48,473 nt of DNA from Prolixibacteraceae bacterium (GTDB taxonomy: Bacteria; Bacteroidota; Bacteroidia; Bacteroidales; Prolixibacteraceae): assembly GCA_023251475.1 (NCBI GenBank), contig JAHEYS010000058.1, positions 1 to 48,473 of the forward strand, read 5' to 3'. Shown in pieces: positions 26,666 to 36,800 of the stretch. The notes under the pieces were generated by a model. That model was not told the DNA's origin and did not search any database. It saw only the letters and a list, made by a program, of their open reading frames with translations. A program made the translations under genes and the position numbers. Every line of letters begins with the position of its first letter. The stretch's first letter is position 1.

Positions 26666-29086
26666 GTGAATTCAAAGATTAATCTTAACACAAAAAGCAT
26701 CGCCATTAAGGCGGTGCTCTTTTTCAGTTTCCTGTTTTCCATTGCTTTAGTCAATGCACAACCGGTGAAGAACCAGTTCGATATCAGACTGGCCAATAAA
26801 TCGGTTGTTCGCGTTCAGGTTTGTTCACCACAGATTTTTCGCATACGGGTTTCAGTTGACAACCAGTTTCCCGAAACACTGATGGAACGATACGGCATAC
26901 TCAAAACTGACTGGAATGCCCCGGACGCCAGGCTAAAAACCGAAAAAGGGAAACAGGTCATCACTGCCGATTACTATCAGCTTGTGTTGAATCCGCAAAA
27001 TGGCGAGATTTCGGTTGCTGATGCAAAGGGGAAAGTTTTGATTAACCGCATTTTAGTGAATGATTCAAAAACCAGTTTATGCACCGACCTGGCAAAATCG
27101 CTGAACACCTATTTTGGAAAACCGAAGAGTGGCACTGAAATTATCGGTTCGAACAAAGGACCGGCCGAGAATAAAGAACAGGATGAAGTGGGGGACGTTT
27201 CGAAAAGCCGCGTGATCGAATTTTCGCTGAATCCCGACGAACGGCTCTACGGCGGGGGAAACACCAGCCGTAGCAACATTCAGCACCGCGGAACAGCTTT
27301 ACGAATGTGGGCCACTTACCAAAAGACAGAAATCCCGATGCCTTTTATGATGAGTAGTTCAGGCTGGGGCGTTTTCGACAACACAACAGCTAAAAATTAC
27401 TTCGACATCGGACGTTTTCAGAAGGACAAACTGGCTATCTACAACACCGACGGGTCTGTTGACTTTTACCTGATGTTGGGGAGCTCGCTGCCAGCCCTCA
27501 TCAACCAGTACACTATCATTACCGGAAAACCATACTTGCTTCCGAGGTGGGGATATGGACTTGCCTTTGGCGGCACCATGATGGAAAATCAGCTCGACAT
27601 TATGAATGACGCCGTGCAGTTCAGAGATGGGAAATTTCCGTGCGACATCTTCTGGCTCGAACCGCAGTGGATGAGCAAACGCTACGACTTTTCCACAGCA
27701 AAAAACTGGAACTACGACAAATTTACGGCAGAGCCTTACTGGAAAGTGAAGCAATATCCCAAATACGAAGACCCCAACCTATTTATCGCGAAGCTACATG
27801 GCATGGGCTTTAAACTGGCTTTATGGTTGTGCATCGATCACGATATGAGCATTGCCGAAGAAGACCGCCTGGCCCAAAAAGATGGAAAATCACTATTGGG
27901 ACAGGAACATTGGTTCGATCACCTGACCAATTTCATGGATCAGGGTATTGATGGTTTTAAACTCGACCCAGCCAATACCCTCGACGACCATCCCAACATG
28001 AAATATTACAACGGCTACACCGACAAGGAAATGCACAACCTGAACCAGATTTTGTTACAGAAACAGATGGAACAGACTTTCCGCAAACACAAAGGGATTC
28101 GCTCATTTCATCATTATTGCGGCGGTTATTCGGGAACCCAGCATTGGGGAGTTTCGACCAGCGGTGACAATGGCGGCGGAAGAGATGCACTTTTCGACCA
28201 GTTAAACCTTGGACTGAGTGGCTTTGTGAATACATCGGCCGATGTTTTAGCAGGAGTAACTGACAACAAAGCTGGAATGCACCTGGGCTTTTTCCTTCCC
28301 TGGATTCAGATAAACAGTTGGTACAATTTATTACATCCCTGGTACATGTGTCCTGAAGAAAAGGAAACTTTCCGCTATTATTCGCAGTTACGTAACAGTT
28401 TGTTCCCGTACATTTATTCGGCGGCTTTGGAAGGCAGCCAGACCGGCATGCCAATTTTACGTGCTATGCCGCTGGCTTTTCCCGACGATCGTAAAGTTGA
28501 CAACATGTTTTACCAGTACATGTTTGGCGAAAATCTGTTGGTTGGCGTTTTCAGCGATTCCATTTATCTGCCCAAAGGAAACTGGACCAATTACTGGACC
28601 GGCGAAAAAGTTTCGGGCGGGAAAACAGTGTATTGCAAAACCCCGGACAAACGTGGCGGACCGTTGTTCATCCGCGAAGGAGCCATTATTCCGTACCAAA
28701 AACCAATGCAATACATTGGCGAATTGCCGACAGATACGCTGATCGTCCGGGTTTATCCTGAAAAGAAAAGCGCGTACACCCTTTGGGAAGATGATGGCCT
28801 GAGCTATGACTACGAAAAAGGGATGTTTGCAAAAACCCGTTTCGAATGCACCGACTCGGCCAACGAAACCGAATTCATAATTTCACCATGCGAAGGTTCT
28901 TACAAAGGGATTTACAAATCGCGGAACTACGAACTGGAAATCAACCTACCGAAGCAACCGGGCCGGGTTTTGATTAACGGAAAGGAAACCTCAGGCTGGA
29001 AGTACGATGCGGGGAAAGTGATGCTTACCATCTGTCAGAACAATGTGAGGGAAAAACAAACCATCAACATTGTAAAAGTCAGATGA
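26666..29086 (+). CDS. glycoside hydrolase family 31 (alpha-glucosidase / alpha-xylosidase-like)
   Basis: 806 aa. A GTG start is required to retain the signal peptide (AVLFFSFLFSIALVNAQ). GH31 motifs are present: GIDGFKLDPAN (nucleophile-Asp region, cf. KTDFGE) and HWGVSTSGDNGGG (acid/base region, W..GDN). The stop overlaps the next start as ATGA. Confidence 0.85.
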   Translation: MNSKINLNTKSIAIKAVLFFSFLFSIALVNAQPVKNQFDIRLANKSVVRVQVCSPQIFRIRVSVDNQFPETLMERYGILKTDWNAPDARLKTEKGKQVITADYYQLVLNPQNGEISVADAKGKVLINRILVNDSKTSLCTDLAKSLNTYFGKPKSGTEIIGSNKGPAENKEQDEVGDVSKSRVIEFSLNPDERLYGGGNTSRSNIQHRGTALRMWATYQKTEIPMPFMMSSSGWGVFDNTTAKNYFDIGRFQKDKLAIYNTDGSVDFYLMLGSSLPALINQYTIITGKPYLLPRWGYGLAFGGTMMENQLDIMNDAVQFRDGKFPCDIFWLEPQWMSKRYDFSTAKNWNYDKFTAEPYWKVKQYPKYEDPNLFIAKLHGMGFKLALWLCIDHDMSIAEEDRLAQKDGKSLLGQEHWFDHLTNFMDQGIDGFKLDPANTLDDHPNMKYYNGYTDKEMHNLNQILLQKQMEQTFRKHKGIRSFHHYCGGYSGTQHWGVSTSGDNGGGRDALFDQLNLGLSGFVNTSADVLAGVTDNKAGMHLGFFLPWIQINSWYNLLHPWYMCPEEKETFRYYSQLRNSLFPYIYSAALEGSQTGMPILRAMPLAFPDDRKVDNMFYQYMFGENLLVGVFSDSIYLPKGNWTNYWTGEKVSGGKTVYCKTPDKRGGPLFIREGAIIPYQKPMQYIGELPTDTLIVRVYPEKKSAYTLWEDDGLSYDYEKGMFAKTRFECTDSANETEFIISPCEGSYKGIYKSRNYELEINLPKQPGRVLINGKETSGWKYDAGKVMLTICQNNVREKQTINIVKVR

Positions 29087-30828
29087 AGAAAACCATAAAA
29101 TCATTAATGTCAGCGATAATGGTTTGCCTGTTATCGGTGAACTCAGTTCAATTGTCGGGCCAAAATAATGATGCTGGAATTGCTGTTCCGAAGAGCGGCG
29201 TAACATTCAAAACCACCAACCAGAAGCTTCAGCGGTTGTACGACGAAGCGGAAAAGAAAGCCCAATGGAATGTTGCTGATTTCGGGCCGTATAAAGTTTT
29301 GGTCGAAGGAGCCGAATACAAAAATGTATGGCTCGAAACCCAGCCTATGGGTGGTTACATGTACGGGAAACGCAACCTTGAAATAGCCCGGAACAACATT
29401 CAGATTTTCATGGATTATCAGCGTGAAGATGGCCGTTTACCGGGAATGCTCCATTACAACAAGGATAAATCGTCCATTTATTATAGCAATCTGCCTGGAA
29501 CCATTCAATCAAAAGACGTTAAATTAACTGCACATTACGGCTGGTTTCAGGGATATTGCTTTCCAATGCCTGCATTCGAATTGTATTTTTGGCTGAACAA
29601 AGATCGCAAATACCTCGAACAGCTTTACACGACGCTCGAAAAATTCGACCAATACCTCTGGAAAACCCGCGATTCGGATAACGACGGCTGCCTTGAAACC
29701 TGGTGCATCTGCGATACTGGTGAGGATGCATCTACCCGCTTCAATGGGGCACAATGGGCCTGGCCCTATGATTATGCCCCGTCAGGCGATGCCATCAGGA
29801 GTCTTTCAGTAAAAGAACAGAAAGCTATCGGAATCACGGGAAAAAACATCGGTAAGGTTAATCTGTTTCCAACGCCAATGGAATCGATGGACATCATGTC
29901 GTACTCGTACTCCGGAAGAGATGTGCTCGCCCTGATTTCGAAAGAGCTCAGCAACGGAAAGGAAGGCTACTGGCGCGAAAAAGCCAATGACATCCGTGAA
30001 AAACTAAAGCGTTACCTCTGGGATGCCAAACGCCATGCTTGTTACGATCGCGACAAGGATAACCGGGTGATGGATATTTTAACCCACAACAACCTGCGCT
30101 GCATGTATTTTGGCAGTTTCGACCAGCAAATGGCCGATGAGTTTGTAAAGTACCATCTGCTGAACCAGAAGGAATTCTGGACCGCTATGCCACTCCCTTC
30201 GATTGCTGCCAACGATCCGTATTTCAGAAACATTTCAGGAAATAACTGGAGTGGCCAACCCGAAAGCCTGACTATCCAGCGTTCGATTCAGGCGCTGGAA
30301 AATTATGGGCATTATGCCGAATTAACGATGATTGCCCATAAATTCCTGAAATCGGTGGGCGATTCGCTGAAATTCACGCAGCAGTTCGACCCGTTTTCCG
30401 CAACAATCACCAATAACCTGGATGGTTACGGACCATGCATTCTGGCTTCACTCGAATTCATTTCACGACTATATGGTATCCACATGACCCGGGAACAGAT
30501 TTACTGGTCATGCCTGAACACTCCCAATGATTACGAATACGAACAGGTTTTGGGCGATCGTACGTTCAATCTGGTAACCAAAGGAAATCAGGTTATTTGT
30601 TCAATCAACGGCAAGGAAGTCTTCTCGTTTACTAAAGGCATCCGTATAGTTTCCGATATGTCGGGGAAAATTAAGGAGATTGTCGGTATTGAGACTGGAA
30701 AGCAGAAAATAAATATAACCTCCAACATTGGAACAAGTTTGTTAACGGTAGTCCCCAATGCCGTGTATAATTTTAGTAAGGGATTTGAAAAGAGAAAAGA
30801 TACCAAATTTTATAACCCGAATAAATAA
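29083..30828 (+). CDS. secreted six-hairpin (alpha/alpha)6 glycosidase, GH63/GH37-like (family unresolved)
   Basis: 581 aa with a signal peptide. RDSDNDGCLETW...DTGEDASTRF resembles the ESG(x)D(x)S(x)RF catalytic-acid motif of clan GH-G trehalase / GH63 enzymes. The start overlaps the GH31 gene by 4 nt. Confidence 0.5.
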   Translation: MKKTIKSLMSAIMVCLLSVNSVQLSGQNNDAGIAVPKSGVTFKTTNQKLQRLYDEAEKKAQWNVADFGPYKVLVEGAEYKNVWLETQPMGGYMYGKRNLEIARNNIQIFMDYQREDGRLPGMLHYNKDKSSIYYSNLPGTIQSKDVKLTAHYGWFQGYCFPMPAFELYFWLNKDRKYLEQLYTTLEKFDQYLWKTRDSDNDGCLETWCICDTGEDASTRFNGAQWAWPYDYAPSGDAIRSLSVKEQKAIGITGKNIGKVNLFPTPMESMDIMSYSYSGRDVLALISKELSNGKEGYWREKANDIREKLKRYLWDAKRHACYDRDKDNRVMDILTHNNLRCMYFGSFDQQMADEFVKYHLLNQKEFWTAMPLPSIAANDPYFRNISGNNWSGQPESLTIQRSIQALENYGHYAELTMIAHKFLKSVGDSLKFTQQFDPFSATITNNLDGYGPCILASLEFISRLYGIHMTREQIYWSCLNTPNDYEYEQVLGDRTFNLVTKGNQVICSINGKEVFSFTKGIRIVSDMSGKIKEIVGIETGKQKINITSNIGTSLLTVVPNAVYNFSKGFEKRKDTKFYNPNK

Positions 30829-30907
30829 TTCTATTGGTATAGACGGATAAGCCGTCCATGTTAATTAGCCGATTGTTAAAGAATTGAGCTATTTAAAACC
30901 ATTTTAT

Positions 30908-31210
30908 TTATGAGTGAACCGAATATTGTATCCATTTTAGACCGCCGATCGTACCTGAAATAGTACTCATCAAGGTATTCTTGAAGGCGATCTTTGCTGC
31001 AATGATGATGAATCCCTCTTTGCCGATATAAAATTCACCAACATGAATTATGCCGCAGATTGGATGTAGCTTATTGCTTTGCATGGCTTGCTGTATTTTC
31101 CATTTGAACTCCCAACAGGTCTTTTGGCGTAATTCAAATTCCTGAGATAAGCACAAAGAAGAACGGATTGTCTTCTTTGTGCTTATCTTAAATGCGATGT
31201 GAAAAGCCAA
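30908..31210 (-). pseudogene. IS1595-family transposase remnant (truncated)
   Basis: AFHIAFKISTKK...SLCLSQEFELRQKTCWEFKWKIQQAMQS...GIIHVGEFYIGKE matches, from memory, the HTH region and the start of the DDE domain (VDE.y.GG) of Bacteroidetes IS1595/ISXO2-like transposases. Only about 70 homologous codons are present, against about 300 in intact copies. The frame closes upstream at a TAA and the similarity is lost downstream. Confidence 0.5.
31146..31187. repeat. perfect 17-bp inverted repeat with an 8-nt loop, inside the transposase remnant
   Basis: gataagcacaaagaaga (31146-31162), acggattg, tcttctttgtgcttatc (31171-31187). Read directly from the sequence. Confidence 0.9.
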
Positions 31211-31389
31211 TATAAGATACCTTGGGATACGGGAACGTGAGGTGATGGATATTTACGATTCTTTGAGGTTGTAAGAGGATCACAGCAAGGATAATCTGTA
31301 TTGTTTCAATGCTAATACGCTAGTCCCCCTTTGCCATTTCTTCCGTTTTCCTTTGGATTGTAGTTTAAACAAGCAATCTGGCAAGAAAA

Positions 31390-31421
31390 AAACACTCACA
31401 CAATAAAATGTGTAAGTGTTT
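31390..31421. terminator. 13-bp stem-loop (one mismatch) flanked by an A-run and T-rich tail; bidirectional-terminator-like, better on the minus strand
   Basis: The context is agaaaaa-AAACACTCACACA-ataaaa-TGTGTAAGTGTTT-gatttcc. On the minus strand the stem is followed by TTTTTCTT. Confidence 0.35.
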
Positions 31422-31724
31422 GATTTCCAGCTGTCCTGTCAGGTCGCCTATTTCGTCCTGTAAGTCTTTTATTATCAATATATTTGCAACCAACAATTTC
31501 AATCTGACTCACCACATGACTCACCTAAATTTTGGTGGTCTTTAAGTCATTTTGTAGTACAATGTTACGAAAGTTTTTCAAATGTGATCATTTGAATGGA
31601 GGAAATATGGCAAATACTTCAAAATATTTTGGTGCCTTTCGGGTCATGAATTGTTGCTGTTTATTTGTTAAACTTGCCGGGTCATTTGGATGCGTTTAAT
31701 TTTCCTGATATAATCATTTACAGA

Positions 31725-32351
31725 ATGCCTGATACATCTTATCTAAATAAAAATAGGGTAGATTCATACTGGAAGGATGTCTGGATAAGATTTAAAAGCG
31801 GAGATGTCAAAGCATTCGAATTGATTTATGGTGATCATGTTGATTTTCTGTATAGTTATGGTACAAAGATGACTTCCGATATAGAGATGGTAGAAGATGC
31901 GATCCAGGATTTGTTTCTTTACCTCCTCTCTAAAAGAGATAATCTTTCTGATCCTGATTTTGTAAGATATTATTTATTGAAAGCCTTTAAAAGAATTCTG
32001 CTTGAAAGAATAAGGAATGAGAAACTATGGATGAAAGACAAGGACGATGATTTCTTTTCGTTCGAATATTCCATTGAGTCTGAATCTTTTTCTCATGATG
32101 ATGAAAAAGAGAGAAAACTGGTATTAATCGAAGAAATGCTCGAAAAACTGGATCCCCGCAAGAAAGAAATCATCTTTTTAAAATTTCATAGCGGCCTGAG
32201 TTATGACGAAATTGGTGATATTGTCGGCATACAGTCGTCCTCTGTCAAGAAGTTGGTATATCGAACGATATCTTCATTCCGGGATATCCTTAAAAATAAT
32301 ATCATAGGATTGTTTTATCTTTTTTCGAGGTCCTCAAACGTTCTAAATTGA
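31725..32351 (+). CDS. ECF-type RNA polymerase sigma-70 factor (PUL2 regulator)
   Basis: Paralogous to the 12454-13041 product: DFLYSYGTKMTSDIEMVEDAIQDLFLYLL versus DFLFFYGKKFTTDEDFILDIIQDMFYDLI. The region 4 HTH is LDPRKKEIIFLKFHSGLSYDEIGDIVGIQSSSVKKLVYRTISSFR. The ORF track starts at TTG 31665. I prefer ATG 31725. Confidence 0.85.
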   Translation: MPDTSYLNKNRVDSYWKDVWIRFKSGDVKAFELIYGDHVDFLYSYGTKMTSDIEMVEDAIQDLFLYLLSKRDNLSDPDFVRYYLLKAFKRILLERIRNEKLWMKDKDDDFFSFEYSIESESFSHDDEKERKLVLIEEMLEKLDPRKKEIIFLKFHSGLSYDEIGDIVGIQSSSVKKLVYRTISSFRDILKNNIIGLFYLFSRSSNVLN

Positions 32352-32543
32352 ACTAATTAGTTACACGCATTCATGCTAGCCGCCAGGAGCCAAAAGCAAG
32401 CTGAAAATCACTAACCCGCCAGAAAACAGGGAAGCTTTTTTATCCACGCGATTCGTAATAGAGCTTTTTATTAAAAAAATCCATTTTTTTCTGTCCACTT
32501 TTTTCAAAAGCTCCTACTATATAATAATACACTTATAAAATTA

Positions 32544-33740
32544 ATGGAAGACATTCGCAGATATATCGATAATTCATTGTTTATCAAATGGGTTTACGAC
32601 CCGGATGAGCATATCAAAGATTATTGGGATTTTTATTTGGGCAATCATCCTGACGAAAAAGAATTTCTATTTGAACTGAAAAGTGAGCTGGCTTTGTTTC
32701 ATATCTCTGGACAAACACTTTCCGAAGAAAAGAAAAAGATGCTTTCTGATAAAATTGCCCGAAAAATTCAGGAGAGCCAGAAAAGAACCAGGGTCTCAGA
32801 AATTGGGCGATTCTTACTTAAATATGCCGCTTTGGCTTTATTGTTTATCGGTTTAGGTGGCGGCCTGGTATATTATTTTTACCAGGATAAACCGAATATG
32901 GTAGATTTTTCCAGGTACCTGGAAATGCCCGAAATAACGGGTAAGCCAACATTGGTTCTTTCTGACGGGTCGAATATTAACATGAATAAGAACGAGTCAA
33001 CGGTGGATTATGCTTCATCGGAAAGGATTGTAGTGAACAATGACAGTATCATCCCGGTGAAAAAAGGAGTTAAGAAGGTTGAAGCATTACCCAATCAGTT
33101 TTTGATCCCATACGGGAGTCGGGGGAAATTGATACTTAGCGATCATACCGTTGTGTGGTTGAATGCAGGTAGCCGGTTAATATATCCGTCGGAATTTACG
33201 GGTGATGAAAGGGAAGTTCTTCTTTTCGGGGAAGCTTTTTTTGAGGTTGCTAAAGATAAATCAAAACCATTTATTGTGAAGACCTCTGATTACCGGATAA
33301 AGGTATTGGGCACCCAGTTCAACGTATCAGCTTATTTGGGTGACGAAGTTAGTCAAACTGTTCTGACAGAAGGAAGTATTGAGCTAAATATGAATAATCA
33401 AGGGTTGTTTGGCCATGGGGTTGTGCTGAAACCGAATGAACTGTTTTCTTTGAATAAAGGGCTGAATGAAACCAATATACAAAAGGTTGATCCTGCAAAG
33501 TATGTGTTGTGGAAAGACGGGAACCTAAAGTTTGAGAACGAAGACTTAAAACGGGTATTGAAAAAAATAGAACGATATTATAATATTCAGATCAGTCTTA
33601 AAAATCCATTAGACAGTTCAATTATTATCAACGGGAAACTTGATCTGAAAGATGATAAAAATGAAGTATTATATTATGTGTCAAAAGTTGCAAAGAGGAA
33701 ATATGTAAAACTAAATGAACGGTCTTATAAGATAGAATAA
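32544..33740 (+). CDS. FecR-family anti-sigma factor / transmembrane sensor
   Basis: 398 aa with a central TM helix (AALALLFIGLGGGLVYYF). The FecR core is LILSDHTVVWLNAGSRLIYP...REVLLFGEAFFEVAKDKSKPFIVKTSDYRIKVLGTQFNVSAY. Confidence 0.9.
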   Translation: MEDIRRYIDNSLFIKWVYDPDEHIKDYWDFYLGNHPDEKEFLFELKSELALFHISGQTLSEEKKKMLSDKIARKIQESQKRTRVSEIGRFLLKYAALALLFIGLGGGLVYYFYQDKPNMVDFSRYLEMPEITGKPTLVLSDGSNINMNKNESTVDYASSERIVVNNDSIIPVKKGVKKVEALPNQFLIPYGSRGKLILSDHTVVWLNAGSRLIYPSEFTGDEREVLLFGEAFFEVAKDKSKPFIVKTSDYRIKVLGTQFNVSAYLGDEVSQTVLTEGSIELNMNNQGLFGHGVVLKPNELFSLNKGLNETNIQKVDPAKYVLWKDGNLKFENEDLKRVLKKIERYYNIQISLKNPLDSSIIINGKLDLKDDKNEVLYYVSKVAKRKYVKLNERSYKIE

Positions 33741-33839
33741 AAACAGAGGAGAATGTTGGCACATCCCCCTCCAAAAATAGATAGTTAACTGACCTGACAG
33801 ATAAGTTAACTAATGTTCAATAATTAACACAACAAATTT

Positions 33840-36800
33840 ATGCAAAAAAAGCGGTTTCGTGCGCTCCTTTCCAGAGGGAGGCTTAAAAAAATGTTTAGGA
33901 TTATGAGAGTAACCTTCATCTTGGTGTGTTGTTTGGTGTTTTATGCTTCTGCGAGTACTTATTCTCAAAACACCAGGCTGAGCTTGAATCTTCAGAACGC
34001 AACCATATTGGAGTTAATACAGGATATTGAATCTCAAAGCAAGTTTATCTTTCTTTATCAGATTGGCGATCTGAACCTGAATAAGAAAGTGAATGCCGAC
34101 TTTAAGAATGCAAAGATTGAAGAGATTCTTGATGTTGCTTTAAAAGGAGAAGGATTGTCCTATGAAGTCTTTGAAAAGCAGATTTTGATTTCGAAGGAGG
34201 ATCGAGGTGTTGATCCTGGCGTTCAACCGGCACAGCAACCCCAGAAGAAAGAACTTACCGGAACGGTAAAAGACAGCAAAGGTATCCCCCTGCCGGGAGT
34301 AACCGTAATGATCAAGGGGACCACCAACGGAACCATCACGGGAAATGATGGAAAGTTTACCCTCTCTGTTCCGGAATCGGCCAAAACGATTGTCTTCTCT
34401 TTTATTGGGATGAAATCTGTGGAATTTGCCTTAGGCGGGAAAACAACTTTTAATTTGGCGATGGAAGAAGAGACTGTCGCAGTGGAAGATGTAGTTGTCG
34501 TGGCTTATGGCACGCAGAAAAAGGAGACACTGACGGGTTCAGTTTCGACCATCAAGAGAGAAGCATTACTTCGTTCACCAAATGCAAGTATTGCAAATAC
34601 GCTGGCGGGACAATTAACGGGATTATCGTCGGTTCAAAGTTCGGGACAGCCGGGCAAGGAAGATCCCTCTATTTATATTCGTGGACTGGGTTCATTGTCC
34701 GCAGGGGCATCTCAGCCACTTATTTTGGTCGATGGCGTTGAACGTGGGTTTTTCCAAATGGATCCCAATGAAATTGAGAGTGTTACTGTTCTTAAAGATG
34801 CTTCCGCAACGGCTGTATTTGGGGTCAGGGGCGCCAATGGAGTTGTACTGGTTACTACCAGACATGGCGAGGAAGGTAAAGCTAAGATAGCTGTGACGTC
34901 ATCATTCGGAGTACAAGCTCCTACACGAGTACTGGGTTTAACTGATAGTTATACTTACGCCACTGTTATGAATCAAAGGGACAAAAATGATGGAAAAGCT
35001 GCTATGACATTTAATGATTATCAGCTTGAGCGGTTCAGACTTGGAGACGAACCAATTATGTATCCCAACACCAATTGGCTAAAGGCTATGATGAATGACT
35101 ATTCGGTGCAAACCCAGCATAATGTAAATATCTCGGGAGGTACAAAAGATGTGAGATATTTTGCTTCAGTTGGTTTTCTTTATCAAAACGGACTGATGAA
35201 ACAGCAGGGCGGACTTGATTATGACAGCAATTACAAATATAAAAGATACAACTACCGCACCAACCTCGATATTGATATCACCCGCACAACAACCCTTGGA
35301 TTAAATATTGGCGGCATTATTGGAGATACAAAAGACCCTAATCCCATAAGTCTTTTTTGGAATACTGCAGTTGGCTGGTCTAACCCATTCTCGGGTCCGG
35401 GTATTGTTGATGGAAAGTTTATTGTATCTGATGCTTCTACTTTCCCTGGGGTACTGGTCATGAATCCTTTAACCGGAGTCTATGGAAAGGGGACAAATAA
35501 AAGTCTGAACAATACGATGAATTTTGATGTCACGCTGAAACAAAAATTAGATGTAATAACCAAAGGATTATCGGCTGAAGTCAAAGGGGCATATAATACT
35601 TCTTATACTTTTAATAAGACCCGTGGCGGTTCAACTGAGATATATTCCCCGTTTTACACATCATCACTCTATAACCCCGGGATGCTGGTGACAGACCCTG
35701 CATTTGACAAGACAATTATCTACCGTATTACTGGTAAAGATCCCCAACTCAGTTATGCTGAATCAAATTCAAAAAGCCGAAACTGGTATGTTGAAGCCAG
35801 TCTCAGGTATAACCGGAAATTTGGGGATCATAGCTTTGGAACACTTGTTCTTTACAACCAGAGCAAAAGGTATTATCCTTCACAGTTTCCTGAGCTTCCT
35901 ACCGCTTATGTGGGATTGGTTGGACGGCAAACTTATGACTATAAGTCGAAATACCTTGCCGAATTTAATGTCGGGTATAATGGCTCCGAAAATTTTGCAC
36001 AAGGGCGCAGGTATGGGTTGTTTCCAGCTGGTTCATTAGGTTATGTTTTAACCGAAGAGCGTTTTATGAAGAATCAAAAATTTATTGATTATCTTAAGAT
36101 CCGGGCCACCGTTGGATTGGTAGGTAATGATAATATTAGTGGGAATCGCTACCTGTATTTGCCGGATACTTATAAAGTTGACTTGCCATCTGCTAACACG
36201 GGAAGTTATGGGGGAGGATTTACGAATGGGTATAACTTTGGAATTGATTCACCCACCATTTTAAAGGGAGCTCAGGAGCAACGTCTTGGAAACCCTTTTG
36301 TTACATGGGAGACCTCACTAAAGCAAAACCTGGGGATAGATATTGCCATTTTCCAAAACCGTTTGAAAATTACTGCCGATGTTTTTCAGGAACAGCGCAA
36401 GGACATCCTGATTAGCCGTGGCACAATTCCCGGCATTTCCGGTTTATCTTCCGGCATCCTTCCTGTAGTGAACATGGGTAAAGTGAATAACCATGGATAT
36501 GAAATTGAGGCGAAATGGAATCAAACCTTGAAGAAATTAAGATACTGGATTACTGGAAACCTATCGTATGCTAAGAACAAAATTATCTTTCAGGATGAAG
36601 TGGAGCCCAATGAATCCTATATGTGGAGAACTGGCAATTCGGTTGGTGATATCTTCGGATATGTTTCCAATGGGTTTTATAAACCAACAGATTTTGATGC
36701 GAACGGGAATCTGATTGCCGGTTTACCTAACCCAAATTTAAAAGTATATCCCGGCGATGTAAAATATCAGGATTTAAACAGTGATGGTTTTATTACACCT

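Noticed and set aside
27957-28454. 165-aa minus-strand ORF inside the GH31 gene, plus other 60-130-aa antisense ORFs throughout the track
   Set aside because: These are Cys/Arg/Ser-rich shadow ORFs opposite strongly supported genes. None has motifs or plausible intergenic start regions.
31606-31695. 29-codon Cys-rich ORF (MANTSKYFGAFRVMNCCCLFVKLAGSFGCV) preceded by GGAGGAAAT, just upstream of the PUL2 sigma gene
   Set aside because: It is tempting as a leader peptide. However, Bacteroidota make little use of Shine-Dalgarno sites, the ORF is very short, and I cannot test conservation. It is not reported as a gene but is worth a look if ribosome profiling exists.
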